The position numbers were made by a program, and so were the translations under genes. From positions 1,236 through 65,235 of IMG/VR virus record IMGVR_UViG_3300021956_000013: 64,000 nucleotides of DNA; one strand, 5' to 3'. Below the pieces are notes generated by a model. It worked only from the letters and a program-made list of their open reading frames with translations, searched no databases and was not told the DNA's origin. Of this stretch, positions 40,406-48,679 are shown piece after piece; position 1 is the stretch's first letter, and every line of letters starts with the position of its first letter. Origin of the DNA: a virus.

Positions 40406-40594
40406 ATGGATAATATGGACAAGTTCTATGAACAGCGTGAGCAAGATTTCTGGACTTACTGGAACAAGGTAAAGGCTTATGCTGATGAAGCCAACACTGA
40501 TATTTATCAGGTTGTCAATTTTAGACAAATCTTTGACCAAGCCTATACGCTAGGTGCATTGCAAACACACAAGAAAGAAGATAATAATGAGTGA
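40406..40594 (+). CDS. Cassette ORF, 62 aa
   Basis: Motif promoter. Confidence 0.7.
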   Translation: MDNMDKFYEQREQDFWTYWNKVKAYADEANTDIYQVVNFRQIFDQAYTLGALQTHKKEDNNE

Positions 40595-40685
40595 AGAAGA
40601 AATAATAATTCTTGATAAACTAATTGACCACTTCAATTTTTTTGAAAAACTAATCGCTGAAAATAAAGAACAGGAAAAAAACTAA
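40587..40685 (+). CDS. Micro-ORF, 32 aa
   Basis: Overlap-coupled to neighbours. Confidence 0.5.
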   Translation: MSEEEIIILDKLIDHFNFFEKLIAENKEQEKN

Positions 40686-40885
40686 TGGACATCTATGAAA
40701 AATTTACTCAAGAAGAATTAGAGCAGATGCATGATGAAATGCTGGATGAAACTTATCCACCATACAGAATTGGATACACAGATTTTTATCCATCACAAAT
40801 TTTAGCAAACTGCGACCCAATCATGTATCAAATTTCTGTTCAAGAGTATGCAGACTTTTTGCAAGAGCAGGAAAATGAAGAATGA
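40685..40885 (+). CDS. Acidic phage hypothetical protein
   Basis: DEMLDETYP...PSQILANCDPI. Confidence 0.7.
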   Translation: MDIYEKFTQEELEQMHDEMLDETYPPYRIGYTDFYPSQILANCDPIMYQISVQEYADFLQEQENEE

Positions 40886-40941
40886 TTGCTCTGGGAATAA
40901 TTTTAACAGTTTTAGTGTTTATATATTTAGTAAATCAATAA
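40882..40941 (+). CDS. TM micropeptide, 19 aa
   Basis: MIALGIILTVLVFIYLVNQ; ATGA overlap. Confidence 0.5.
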   Translation: MIALGIILTVLVFIYLVNQ

Positions 40942-41067
40942 ATAAAATTGGTGGTGTGTCTTCTTGACATGCCACCTTTTTTGTGCCGACCGCCCCTGGC
41001 GTGTCGTGTATTAAGTGCTGATGTCAGTAGTCCCCTGTATAATTATTTTATCTAAGAAAGGCTAACT

Positions 41068-41181
41068 ATGGAAGAAAAGACCACCTGCGATTTCTGTTCT
41101 AATGAATGGATTGGCTATGTCCAAATTGGAAATGACTTACCTTGGGTATGCGAAACACACTGGGAAATGTACGCTAAGTAA
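41068..41181 (+). CDS. Zinc-finger micro-ORF, 37 aa
   Basis: CDFC...CETH. Confidence 0.65.
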   Translation: MEEKTTCDFCSNEWIGYVQIGNDLPWVCETHWEMYAK

Positions 41182-41233
41182 ATGTCAGTGGCTACCTGTA
41201 TAATTATTCTATCAACCAAGAAAGGCACTAACT

Positions 41234-41512
41234 ATGGCAGTATTCAATTTCATTTCTGATGATTCACACGGATGGATGGAAGTTTCTCTAATCGAATTCC
41301 CTGAAGCAATAAACTACGCATCAGGTTTTGGCTACATCAACGGAAATACTATTTATCTTGAAGAAGATGATGAGGCTGAAAACTTTATCTACCACCTGAG
41401 AAGTCAGGGTGAGCCTATCACTTTCGCTGAGAAAATCTATGACGGACAGTGGTATGGCAGAGCGTATGCTCGCAATGTCAGGGGTATGCACTATAATCAA
41501 ACTACTAACTAA
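41234..41512 (+). CDS. Hypothetical protein, 92 aa
   Basis: FISDDSHGW...IYLEED; 3' end contains next promoter motif. Confidence 0.7.
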   Translation: MAVFNFISDDSHGWMEVSLIEFPEAINYASGFGYINGNTIYLEEDDEAENFIYHLRSQGEPITFAEKIYDGQWYGRAYARNVRGMHYNQTTN

Positions 41513-41523
41513 GAAAGGCAACT

Positions 41524-41637
41524 ATGCTACTATACAGTGATGACTATGAGCCAGACAACTATGAGGGAGACCAAGACCTCAATGAGTATGAGGATGACTG
41601 GTCAACTGTTGAGAGCGAACTCTTCGGAGATTGCTAA
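41524..41637 (+). CDS. Very acidic micro-ORF, 37 aa
   Basis: SDDYEPDNYEGDQDLNEYEDDW; GAAAGG RBS. Confidence 0.6.
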   Translation: MLLYSDDYEPDNYEGDQDLNEYEDDWSTVESELFGDC

Positions 41638-41769
41638 CTCAGCACCCTTCGGGGTGCCGACCACGACACGCCCGAAAAACATTTAAGATAAAAAAAGATT
41701 TTCCCCATTTCCTATTGCCAAATGTCAGTGGTATCGCTTATAATAGAAGTATCAAGAAAGGAAAAACTA

Positions 41770-41925
41770 ATGAAAACTATTTGCGTATTTTGTCTAGAAG
41801 TCTATGGGGAAGACGCTATTGGTTGCTGGTCTTGTAATGAATACAAGGGCATAATGCCACTAAACGAAGAAACACTAAACTACTTAGGCGAAGACCTAGA
41901 AGACTGGGCAGAATACCTAGTCTAA
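41770..41925 (+). CDS. Zinc-finger acidic protein, 51 aa
   Basis: CVFC...CWSC. Confidence 0.7.
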   Translation: MKTICVFCLEVYGEDAIGCWSCNEYKGIMPLNEETLNYLGEDLEDWAEYLV

Positions 41926-41964
41926 TGTCAGTGGTCGCTGGTAAAATAATAACATCAACAAGAA

Positions 41965-42177
41965 ATGGAAAATAAAATGGAAAATGAAAAAAAGAGATAC
42001 ACCTTTGGTGGCTTCACATTTGGCACTAACAACCTGTTCAACCTAACTATCCTAGTTCGCAACCACGCTGGACACGGAACTAGCAACTCTGTTGAACTTG
42101 GACTAGAACTAAATACTGCTGAAATCCAAGAACTAATCACTGTTCTACTAACTAGAAATGTAAAGGAAGATAACTAA
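41965..42177 (+). CDS. Cassette ORF, 70 aa
   Basis: Motif promoter. Confidence 0.65.
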   Translation: MENKMENEKKRYTFGGFTFGTNNLFNLTILVRNHAGHGTSNSVELGLELNTAEIQELITVLLTRNVKEDN

Positions 42178-42368
42178 TGATGACACGCAAGGACTATGTT
42201 AGCACTGCTGAGATTTTGGCAGACTATCGCAGAGATTTTTACTCTACCCCCGAAACTGCTGACAGTTTTGAAGCAATGGTAAATGACTTTGCTCAAATGT
42301 TCGCAGATGACAACGAGAGATTTATGCGTTCTAAGTTTATTGACGCTTGCTTAGGAGAGGATTTCTAA
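42177..42368 (+). CDS. Hypothetical protein, 63 aa
   Basis: MTRKDY...AQMFADDNERFMRSKFIDAC, a common phage small-protein pattern. Confidence 0.75.
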   Translation: MMTRKDYVSTAEILADYRRDFYSTPETADSFEAMVNDFAQMFADDNERFMRSKFIDACLGEDF

Positions 42369-42521
42369 ATGGAAATTGTATTCGCAATACTTGGAGTTAT
42401 TCTAGTTGGTTATTTATTCTGGCAGAGTTATTTGCTTGCTAATTATTCTAAAATTATAGATAACCAAAAAGATGTTATCGCTAAGTTGGCTAGAGAGATA
42501 GACACACTAAAACCTTTTTAG
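42369..42521 (+). CDS. TM plus coiled-coil protein, 50 aa
   Basis: Hydrophobic N-terminus; GGAGAGG RBS. Confidence 0.6.
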   Translation: MEIVFAILGVILVGYLFWQSYLLANYSKIIDNQKDVIAKLAREIDTLKPF

Positions 42522-42648
42522 TTTTCTCAATCGCTACCCTTCGGGGTGGCGATTTGGGTCGGCAGCCCAAGGTTACATCTAGGTTACGATAATTAAGAAA
42601 CACACCCAAAATCTCCACGATGTCAGTGGTATTGTGTATAATAGGACT

Positions 42649-42819
42649 ATGAAGAAAAGAAAGCCACCACTAAATAAAGTTGCTCAGGCAACTCGCAACG
42701 CACACTCAGCAGAACTTTTTAGAAGTCTGTTACTAAACAAGCACCTAGTCGCTACCCCTGCCAAGCGTAAGGGTTCTCGCAAGGCTAACATCATCAAGGC
42801 TATCAAGGAGTATAACTAA
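42649..42819 (+). CDS. Leaderless basic protein, 56 aa
   Basis: K/R-rich; ATG about 6 nt after TATAAT. Confidence 0.65.
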   Translation: MKKRKPPLNKVAQATRNAHSAELFRSLLLNKHLVATPAKRKGSRKANIIKAIKEYN

Positions 42820-43115
42820 TGGCTAAATCAAATAAAGTAAATCTAATGGACATAACAGACCTGCCACTAGAAGAACAAATCTATCAAATCCTAAGAGGTA
42901 GAGGTTTCCACACTAGGTTTGTAGGTATAGACCTAAGAGAGTTAGCAGAGGAAATAGTTTTTACTCTTGACTTTGTAAATGGAGATAATCCTGACCAGCC
43001 TATTATCCTGAATACCCTGCCAGAAATAACAGGTGAAGACGGAGTTCCAGCACTAGACCTAATCAAGCGTTTTGGTTTAGATGACTATGTTATGGAGAGT
43101 GTCCTAAATGGATAA
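42819..43115 (+). CDS. Hypothetical protein
   Basis: AAGGAG RBS, coupled start. Confidence 0.7.
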   Translation: MAKSNKVNLMDITDLPLEEQIYQILRGRGFHTRFVGIDLRELAEEIVFTLDFVNGDNPDQPIILNTLPEITGEDGVPALDLIKRFGLDDYVMESVLNG

Positions 43116-43470
43116 GAAAACTATTATTGAAAAATACAACATTGACCCTAATCAAACCCTAGATGTCTTCTATGACAATGGCGAGGTATGGTGTAGTGAA
43201 GATGGTGAGTGGTCAGTATTTCATTGTGGAGAAATGAGAGTTGACTACAATGGCGAAAGACTATACACAAACACGGACTTTATCAAAGTTGGTTTAGATA
43301 CAGATGACAAAGTTGGTGAAGCAGAGGCTAACGAAGAACTCTATTGGCACATGAACCCATGGTTTATTGTTGCTAAAAAAGATGACCTAGATAATGAGTA
43401 TGGAATTACAGGCAACATCATTGATGCAATACAGCAAGCCCTAGTTTTAGCCAATGTCAGTGGTCAGTAG
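43108..43470 (+). CDS. Acidic hypothetical protein
   Basis: 120 aa; ends NVSGQ, encoded by the promoter motif. Confidence 0.7.
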   Translation: MDKKTIIEKYNIDPNQTLDVFYDNGEVWCSEDGEWSVFHCGEMRVDYNGERLYTNTDFIKVGLDTDDKVGEAEANEELYWHMNPWFIVAKKDDLDNEYGITGNIIDAIQQALVLANVSGQ

Positions 43471-43501
43471 TATAATTATCTTATCAAACAAAGGAGAGTA
43501 A

Positions 43502-43633
43502 ATGGAAAACGAAGACAAAGAATACTTCAAGGAAATGTTTGAGCAGTATCACAATGGTGAAATAGATGTTTTTGAACTAATGGATAATCTTGAAACTGAT
43601 AGATTTGATGGAGATGTTTTTGATTACCTGTAA
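43502..43633 (+). CDS. Acidic micro-ORF, 43 aa
   Basis: AAGGAG RBS. Confidence 0.65.
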   Translation: MENEDKEYFKEMFEQYHNGEIDVFELMDNLETDRFDGDVFDYL

Positions 43634-43708
43634 CTAGGTACCCTTCGGGGTCGGCACAATGTCAGTGGTCGTATGTATAATAGACTTACGAAAGAAAGAG
43701 GAAACCCC

Positions 43709-43843
43709 ATGAATGTATCAGTAGAAAAACTAATTGAGATGAAGGTATTGCGAGAGTCTATGTTTGGCTCTGGAGATTGGTATGTAATCTATACCGAAGA
43801 TGGACCTAAAGATGTATCCCTTGCTACCCTGACAAGTGAGTAA
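43709..43843 (+). CDS. Cassette ORF, 44 aa
   Basis: Motif promoter; stop abuts next motif. Confidence 0.65.
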   Translation: MNVSVEKLIEMKVLRESMFGSGDWYVIYTEDGPKDVSLATLTSE

Positions 43844-43892
43844 TGTCAGTGGTTGCCTGTAAAATAGAACTATCAAAAGAAAAGGGAAACTA

Positions 43893-44090
43893 ATGGAATG
43901 TTTAGATTGTATAAATAAAACTCATAAAATTTATTGGGGAGCCTTGTCCGAAAAAGACATGGAGTTATTGGGATACACCTACCATAAGTGTTTATTTTGT
44001 TCTCACCAACCTCTAATTTGGAATACCCTTATTGGAGATGCAGTCTGCGAGGGTTGCGGTGAATGGCAAGATGTCAGTGGTATCAGGTAA
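43893..44090 (+). CDS. Zinc-finger protein
   Basis: CLDC, CLFC, CEGC; ends DVSGIR. Confidence 0.7.
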   Translation: MECLDCINKTHKIYWGALSEKDMELLGYTYHKCLFCSHQPLIWNTLIGDAVCEGCGEWQDVSGIR

Positions 44091-44119
44091 AATAGAACTA
44101 TCAAAAGAAAAGGAAAAAA

Positions 44120-44404
44120 ATGAGACCAGTTGTAATGGATAGACACGTTGCCAACCTTGGACTACAAGCAGGTATGGGTGACGATTGGACAGAACTATTC
44201 TGCGATAAAGAGTTTATGGCTATGCTCCAGACTCACTATAACCAGATGGTGAAATACATAAAGGCTAAGTATCTTACTTATCCGTGTAATGATTTTGCTC
44301 CAGATACCCTTGCTCCAGACGAGCGAGATGGAATTGATTGGACGCTGGTATGCACTACTTGTCTGCACCATAAGCAAGACCATAATGTCAGTGGTATCAA
44401 GTAA
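44120..44404 (+). CDS. Cys/His-containing protein
   Basis: CTTCLHHKQDH; ends NVSGIK. Confidence 0.7.
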   Translation: MRPVVMDRHVANLGLQAGMGDDWTELFCDKEFMAMLQTHYNQMVKYIKAKYLTYPCNDFAPDTLAPDERDGIDWTLVCTTCLHHKQDHNVSGIK

Positions 44405-44434
44405 AATAGTATTATCAAAAGAAAAGGAAAACTA

Positions 44435-44956
44435 ATGGAACAAAACTTAGATGTAATGATTGCGACAGTATCAACAGATTGTCAGTGTAGTTATTTTGAC
44501 GAAGAACTAGATGACTTTGTTGCTATGGAGTATTGCGAAGGCGATTGCTACTACTGGCAGAAGGAAGATGTGATGATGGTGATTGGCGAATGGCAGTTGC
44601 TGAATGACATTGACGAAGATGACCTTATCCGTATCTCTGGAACTAAGATTGGTTGGCAGGGTAGAAGTGGATACAAGGATACAGACATTCTAGAACTACA
44701 CGGAGCGTTAGCCCTTGACGGAGATTTCCGTATCACTTGGACACTAGACATTCCAAACAAGAAACTAACTGCTAGGCGTTCATCTCACGATGAACCTATG
44801 GGAGCAAACTTTGAGATTGACTTTATCAAGATGACTACTTGCGACAATTGCGATAACGCCATCTCTGTTGATACTCACGCAGAAGAACTTGGTATGTGTG
44901 TTGATTGCTCTAACGAATACTTTACTCACAATGACGAAGAGCCTATTGACTTGTAG
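44435..44956 (+). CDS. Acidic Cys-rich protein, 173 aa
   Basis: SSHDEPMG motif, CDNC...CVDC. Confidence 0.75.
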   Translation: MEQNLDVMIATVSTDCQCSYFDEELDDFVAMEYCEGDCYYWQKEDVMMVIGEWQLLNDIDEDDLIRISGTKIGWQGRSGYKDTDILELHGALALDGDFRITWTLDIPNKKLTARRSSHDEPMGANFEIDFIKMTTCDNCDNAISVDTHAEELGMCVDCSNEYFTHNDEEPIDL

Positions 44957-44979
44957 AGAGTAATGTGAGACAATAGAGT

Positions 44980-45048
44980 ATGAATACAACAATAACGATA
45001 ATCACAATAGGAAGTTTAGCAATACTGCTATTCTTACTAAATCAGTAG
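44980..45048 (+). CDS. TM micropeptide, 22 aa
   Basis: MNTTITIITIGSLAILLFLLNQ. Confidence 0.45.
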   Translation: MNTTITIITIGSLAILLFLLNQ

Positions 45049-45188
45049 TCCTGCTACCCTCGAAAGAGGGTGCCAGGCTGCCGACCGCAAATGTAACAAA
45101 ACGATAAATCATTTACGAAACACCCTAAATGTCCCCTAAATGTCAGGGGTAGCCCTTATAATAGAACTACAACAAAGAAAGGAAACCA

Positions 45189-45566
45189 ATGGAAGATTAT
45201 TGGGATGATGTAGAAATGGCAGTTCAGTTTGCTCAGGGTATCGCTTTTGATACCTGCCACAAAATCTATGTTCTTATGGATGATAAGCAAGTAGAACTTA
45301 TGCGTGAGTATCAGTATGACGAGATTAGAACTAGAAGTGAAATGAAACCAGCAGAAATGTTTGACACTCTAAAAAAGTGGTATGCCGAAAGTTGTGCCTT
45401 GAAGTTTATTCAGGGTGTTCATAGCGTAGGTGAGAACGAAGACGAGAATGATGGTTTTGACACACTTATTCCACAAGGGGCAGAGCAAGAAGAAGACGAA
45501 TGCGACTTATGCTTTTCTCATTGTGGAGATACCTGCCAAGACGATGATGAAGAAGACGAAGACTAA
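45189..45566 (+). CDS. Acidic hypothetical protein
   Basis: GIAFDTCHKIY...SCALKFI; D/E tail. Confidence 0.75.
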   Translation: MEDYWDDVEMAVQFAQGIAFDTCHKIYVLMDDKQVELMREYQYDEIRTRSEMKPAEMFDTLKKWYAESCALKFIQGVHSVGENEDENDGFDTLIPQGAEQEEDECDLCFSHCGDTCQDDDEEDED

Positions 45567-45670
45567 TGGAACAAATAGTCTTAGAGTGTGAGAGTAATCA
45601 CGAATGGATTGGCTCACCGCTTTACTGCTCCGCCTGTGGAGTAGATAAAGGAAACGAAACCAACCCCTAA
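45566..45670 (+). CDS. Zinc-ribbon micro-ORF, 34 aa
   Basis: CESNHEW...CSACG. Confidence 0.6.
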   Translation: MEQIVLECESNHEWIGSPLYCSACGVDKGNETNP

Positions 45671-45723
45671 TGTCAGTGGTTAGGTTTATAATAGAAATAC
45701 AACAAAAGATAAGGAATAAATAA

Positions 45724-46125
45724 ATGGAAAACAACGAAAGCAAGCACCCTGTTCTTACTGCCCTAAATGGCAAGATAGAAGAACTACTAGCACAACTAGC
45801 AAAACTACAAGCAGACTACGAATTGCTTGATAGCAGATACGCAAGGGAAGTTAGAGCAAGGCAAGACCACGAAACTTACCTAAACGAAACTCTAATGAAC
45901 GCTATTGAGAATGGCTACGACAGAGAAACCATTTTCTATGTTGCTAACGAACTTGATGTTTCACTAACACAACTAAAAACATTTGTGGTTCAGGCAGAGT
46001 TTCAGGTAGAAGTCATTATGCCTATTGACGAAGAGTTTGATGCTGATGACTTGGACTTTACCCTAAGCCACGAAAATCTAAATGATTATACTTTCACAGG
46101 TATAATTTCTAGTGAAGAGAATTAG
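45724..46125 (+). CDS. Coiled-coil acidic protein
   Basis: 133 aa, motif promoter. Confidence 0.75.
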   Translation: MENNESKHPVLTALNGKIEELLAQLAKLQADYELLDSRYAREVRARQDHETYLNETLMNAIENGYDRETIFYVANELDVSLTQLKTFVVQAEFQVEVIMPIDEEFDADDLDFTLSHENLNDYTFTGIISSEEN

Positions 46126-46152
46126 GCGGTTCTAACCTTTCTTTTCCGCCTA

Positions 46153-46180
46153 ACACCTGAGTAAGTGTATAAACTGCTCA
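46153..46180 (+). ncRNA. H-type pseudoknot motif
   Basis: ACAC-c-TGAGTA-a-GTGT-ataaac-TGCTCA. Confidence 0.55.
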
Positions 46181-46289
46181 TTTTTTGTGCCGACCAAAAA
46201 TAACAAATCCATAACTTATTTACGATAGCCCTTGTAAATGTCAGGGGTAGGCTGTATAATAGAACTATCAAAGAAAGAGAGAAAACCCT

Positions 46290-46517
46290 ATGTTGTATGT
46301 AGCCCCTGATGGAAACTATGGTGAAGCAGAATACCTTGTTGTTGTAGATAACGAGAGTTTTGACGAACACTTTTACGGATACCTTGACACTTGTGCTGAC
46401 TGGCTAAGACCTAGTTTTGCTAAGTGGTTTGAAGAAAATGACCACGACTTTACCCAAGCAGATAACTTAGAGTGGGCTTGTTCCGTTTGTGAAGAGTGGT
46501 TAGAGAGTGAGAGATAA
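46290..46517 (+). CDS. Acidic hypothetical protein
   Basis: YVAPDGNYGEA. Confidence 0.7.
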   Translation: MLYVAPDGNYGEAEYLVVVDNESFDEHFYGYLDTCADWLRPSFAKWFEENDHDFTQADNLEWACSVCEEWLESER

Positions 46518-46645
46518 TGGCAGAAGTAAACTATTGGCGAAACATGTTCTATGACCTGCTTGAAGAAGTAGAGCAAATGTATGGACATGAAGATGTTTGG
46601 GAAAAGTTCAGGGAATACGCAAAAGAGTTAGAAGAGGATAACTAA
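46517..46645 (+). CDS. Acidic micro-ORF, 42 aa
   Basis: TAATG coupling on both sides. Confidence 0.6.
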   Translation: MAEVNYWRNMFYDLLEEVEQMYGHEDVWEKFREYAKELEEDN

Positions 46646-46833
46646 TGATAGTTCAGGTTCAATGCAACTGGTGTGAAAAACTATTTGATGATGTTGACAT
46701 CGTAGAGTGTGATGTTTGTAAGACAGACTCTTACCTAATGGACATAAGAGATGAGCCTTGGGGTCTTGACTCTTCCAAGGGGTATTCAATCTATGGTCAG
46801 GAAACAGGTCTAAGGGATAGTGACTTTATCTAA
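46645..46833 (+). CDS. Zinc-ribbon protein
   Basis: CNWC...CDVC. Confidence 0.7.
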   Translation: MIVQVQCNWCEKLFDDVDIVECDVCKTDSYLMDIRDEPWGLDSSKGYSIYGQETGLRDSDFI

Positions 46834-46876
46834 TGTCAGTGGTAGGGTTTATAATAGAACTAACGAAAGGAAACAA

Positions 46877-46978
46877 ATGATAAACTTTGACAATGTTATC
46901 AACGAAGAAGCAATCGAAAAACTAACAGATGAGCAAGCAGAAGCCTTATTGGCTATTTTAGAGAAAGCAGGATACTAA
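46877..46978 (+). CDS. Micro-ORF, 33 aa
   Basis: FDNVINEEAIEKLTDEQAEALLAIL; GAAAGG RBS. Confidence 0.65.
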   Translation: MINFDNVINEEAIEKLTDEQAEALLAILEKAGY

Positions 46979-47178
46979 TGCCTAAATACGCATTCAACTT
47001 TTGGGAAGAAAGCAAATGGGCTATCACCTTTGAAGCAGACAACCTAGACCACGCTAAGAAACTATTGGCAGAAGCAGAAGAAGAAATGGACTTAGATTGG
47101 TTGCCTGAAATGGAACGCTTTTTCAAAAAGGGTGATGAAACTTGGGACAGCGAAACACTAGCAGAAGTGGAGAACTAA
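46978..47178 (+). CDS. DpnD/PcfM-like acidic protein
   Basis: YAFNF...ITFEADNLDHAKKL pattern. Confidence 0.55.
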   Translation: MPKYAFNFWEESKWAITFEADNLDHAKKLLAEAEEEMDLDWLPEMERFFKKGDETWDSETLAEVEN

Positions 47179-47339
47179 TGGAACTAGCACAAGCATACGA
47201 AATAGTATTAGCAGACTTAGAAGAAAGAAATAGTCATACCATAGGTAGATTGCTTCACTGGGACTGGACAGGTCAAAATGAAGAACTTATGTATAGGGCT
47301 TGGTTGGTTGCTAAAACTTTTATTGAGCAGAACGAATAG
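47178..47339 (+). CDS. Hypothetical protein
   Basis: Coupled start MELAQAYE. Confidence 0.6.
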   Translation: MELAQAYEIVLADLEERNSHTIGRLLHWDWTGQNEELMYRAWLVAKTFIEQNE

Positions 47340-47409
47340 CACTACCCTTCGGGGTCGGCAGCCAAAAATAACAGAATGATAACGCTTTACGAAATCTTTT
47401 ACGAAACCC

Positions 47410-47438
47410 TTGACTTTTCCCCCATTTTCCCTTATACT
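47410..47438 (+). promoter_or_regulatory. Canonical sigma-A-type promoter
   Basis: TTGACT-17-TATACT. Confidence 0.7.
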
Positions 47439-47487
47439 TGTAGTATCAACAAAAGTTGAGAAAAACTACAAGTAGAAAGAAGCAAAA

Positions 47488-47646
47488 ATGGCAAACACAT
47501 TTACCATTCCATCTGTTGGCTCACAGTTCGCAACCCAGAAGTCTGGCGTTGTTGGCACAGTTCAGGAAGTAATCAAGAACGCAAATGGTTCATTCCGTAT
47601 CAAACTTGATGTTGCTGGACAGCCACGCTGGACAACTGCTAAGTAA
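47488..47646 (+). CDS. Small beta-barrel (SH3/KOW-like) protein, 52 aa
   Basis: PSVGSQFATQKSGVVGTVQEVIKNANGSFRIKLDV; biased codons. Confidence 0.75.
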   Translation: MANTFTIPSVGSQFATQKSGVVGTVQEVIKNANGSFRIKLDVAGQPRWTTAK

Positions 47647-47661
47647 GTCCTAGAAATAGGG

Positions 47662-47695
47662 CAGACCTGAGCAAGTCTGGCAAAAAAACTGCTCA
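47662..47695 (+). ncRNA. H-type pseudoknot motif
   Basis: CAGAC-c-TGAGCA-a-GTCTG-gcaaaaaaac-TGCTCA. Confidence 0.55.
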
Positions 47696-47701
47696 ACCCT
47701 A

Positions 47702-47730
47702 TTGACAAATCCCTTATCAACCTGTATAAT
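47702..47730 (+). promoter_or_regulatory. Consensus sigma-A-type promoter
   Basis: TTGACA-17-TATAAT. Confidence 0.8.
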
Positions 47731-47768
47731 TGTATTATACAAATAACCCTAATAGAAAGTAGAAAATA

Positions 47769-48209
47769 ATGGCAAGAGCCTTATCAGTAAAAGTTCCAAC
47801 ATCAAGTCTAATCGCTTTGTTGGAAGACAAAATCGCAACAATCCAAACTGCTATCGCAGATTATCCAAGAGCAAAGGCTCAATACAAGGAAGATGTAAAG
47901 GCATACAAGAAGTCTGTCCTAAACCTTGCCCTATCCAAGATTGCTTCTAACCCAGAAGTCTTGTTTGATAACGATAGCCTAGATGTTAGCACATCTTATC
48001 GCAATGATGTCCAAATCACTTTGGATAAGGACTTGTTTGAGTTGCCAGAAATGCCAGAGCAACCAGAAGACCCAAATCGTAAAGAGTGGATTGGCAGAGA
48101 CCACACAACTAAGTTGTCTGTTTTAGAGAAAACTCTGGCTGTTCTAAAACTAACAAATCAGGAAGAAGTAAGTGCTTCCACATACAACTCTGTAATGGAG
48201 TTGCTATAA
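47769..48209 (+). CDS. Hypothetical protein, 146 aa
   Basis: Consensus promoter; ALSVKVPT...LKLTNQEEVSASTYNSV. Confidence 0.8.
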   Translation: MARALSVKVPTSSLIALLEDKIATIQTAIADYPRAKAQYKEDVKAYKKSVLNLALSKIASNPEVLFDNDSLDVSTSYRNDVQITLDKDLFELPEMPEQPEDPNRKEWIGRDHTTKLSVLEKTLAVLKLTNQEEVSASTYNSVMELL

Positions 48210-48228
48210 ACCATAGGCTTACGCCTAA

Positions 48229-48256
48229 ACACCTAAGCAAGTGTCTAAACTGCTTA
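48229..48256 (+). ncRNA. H-type pseudoknot motif
   Basis: ACAC-c-TAAGCA-a-GTGT-ctaaac-TGCTTA. Confidence 0.55.
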
Positions 48257-48264
48257 TCTCTAAC

Positions 48265-48555
48265 AAGGTTGTTTAGTTTGGGTTCAATTCCCAAATAGAG
48301 AACAAACAAGCGAATGACGATTTGCTTGGAGTATGGCTGAACGAAGTTCTTTGTCTAGGAGGAACGAGAAAGGCACAGCGTGGGTTTAGCGACCCCAACT
48401 TAGCGGTTGAAAGCGTTGGTAGGATGATGGCGGTACTATAAGAGACTCCCAGACTACTCCTTGGTGGTAATAGACAATCCACCTACTCACACACTTCCCC
48501 CTGTGAAGATTGACTATCCTAATTAGATAGGTAAAATTAGCAGGGGGATTTTTTG
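48265..48555 (+). ncRNA. Candidate structured ncRNA with T-loop
   Basis: About 290 nt with no credible ORF; TTGGG-TTCAATT-CCCAA T-arm-like hairpin; ends at tccccctg/caggggga hairpin plus T-run. Confidence 0.35.
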
Positions 48556-48609
48556 TGCCGACCCCCATAACGTTTTGGTAACACTAGTAAAATTGTTTTA
48601 CGAAACACT

Positions 48610-48638
48610 TGACAAATCCCCGAAATAATGGGATAATT
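48610..48638 (+). promoter_or_regulatory. Sigma-A-type promoter
   Basis: TTGACA-17-GATAAT. Confidence 0.65.
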
Positions 48639-48679
48639 GAGTATCAAATAAATCCATTTATCACGAAAGGTGTCCATTT

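Noticed and set aside
48275-48300. tRNA gene
   Set aside because: Only a T-arm-like hairpin; no acceptor, D or anticodon arms could be folded
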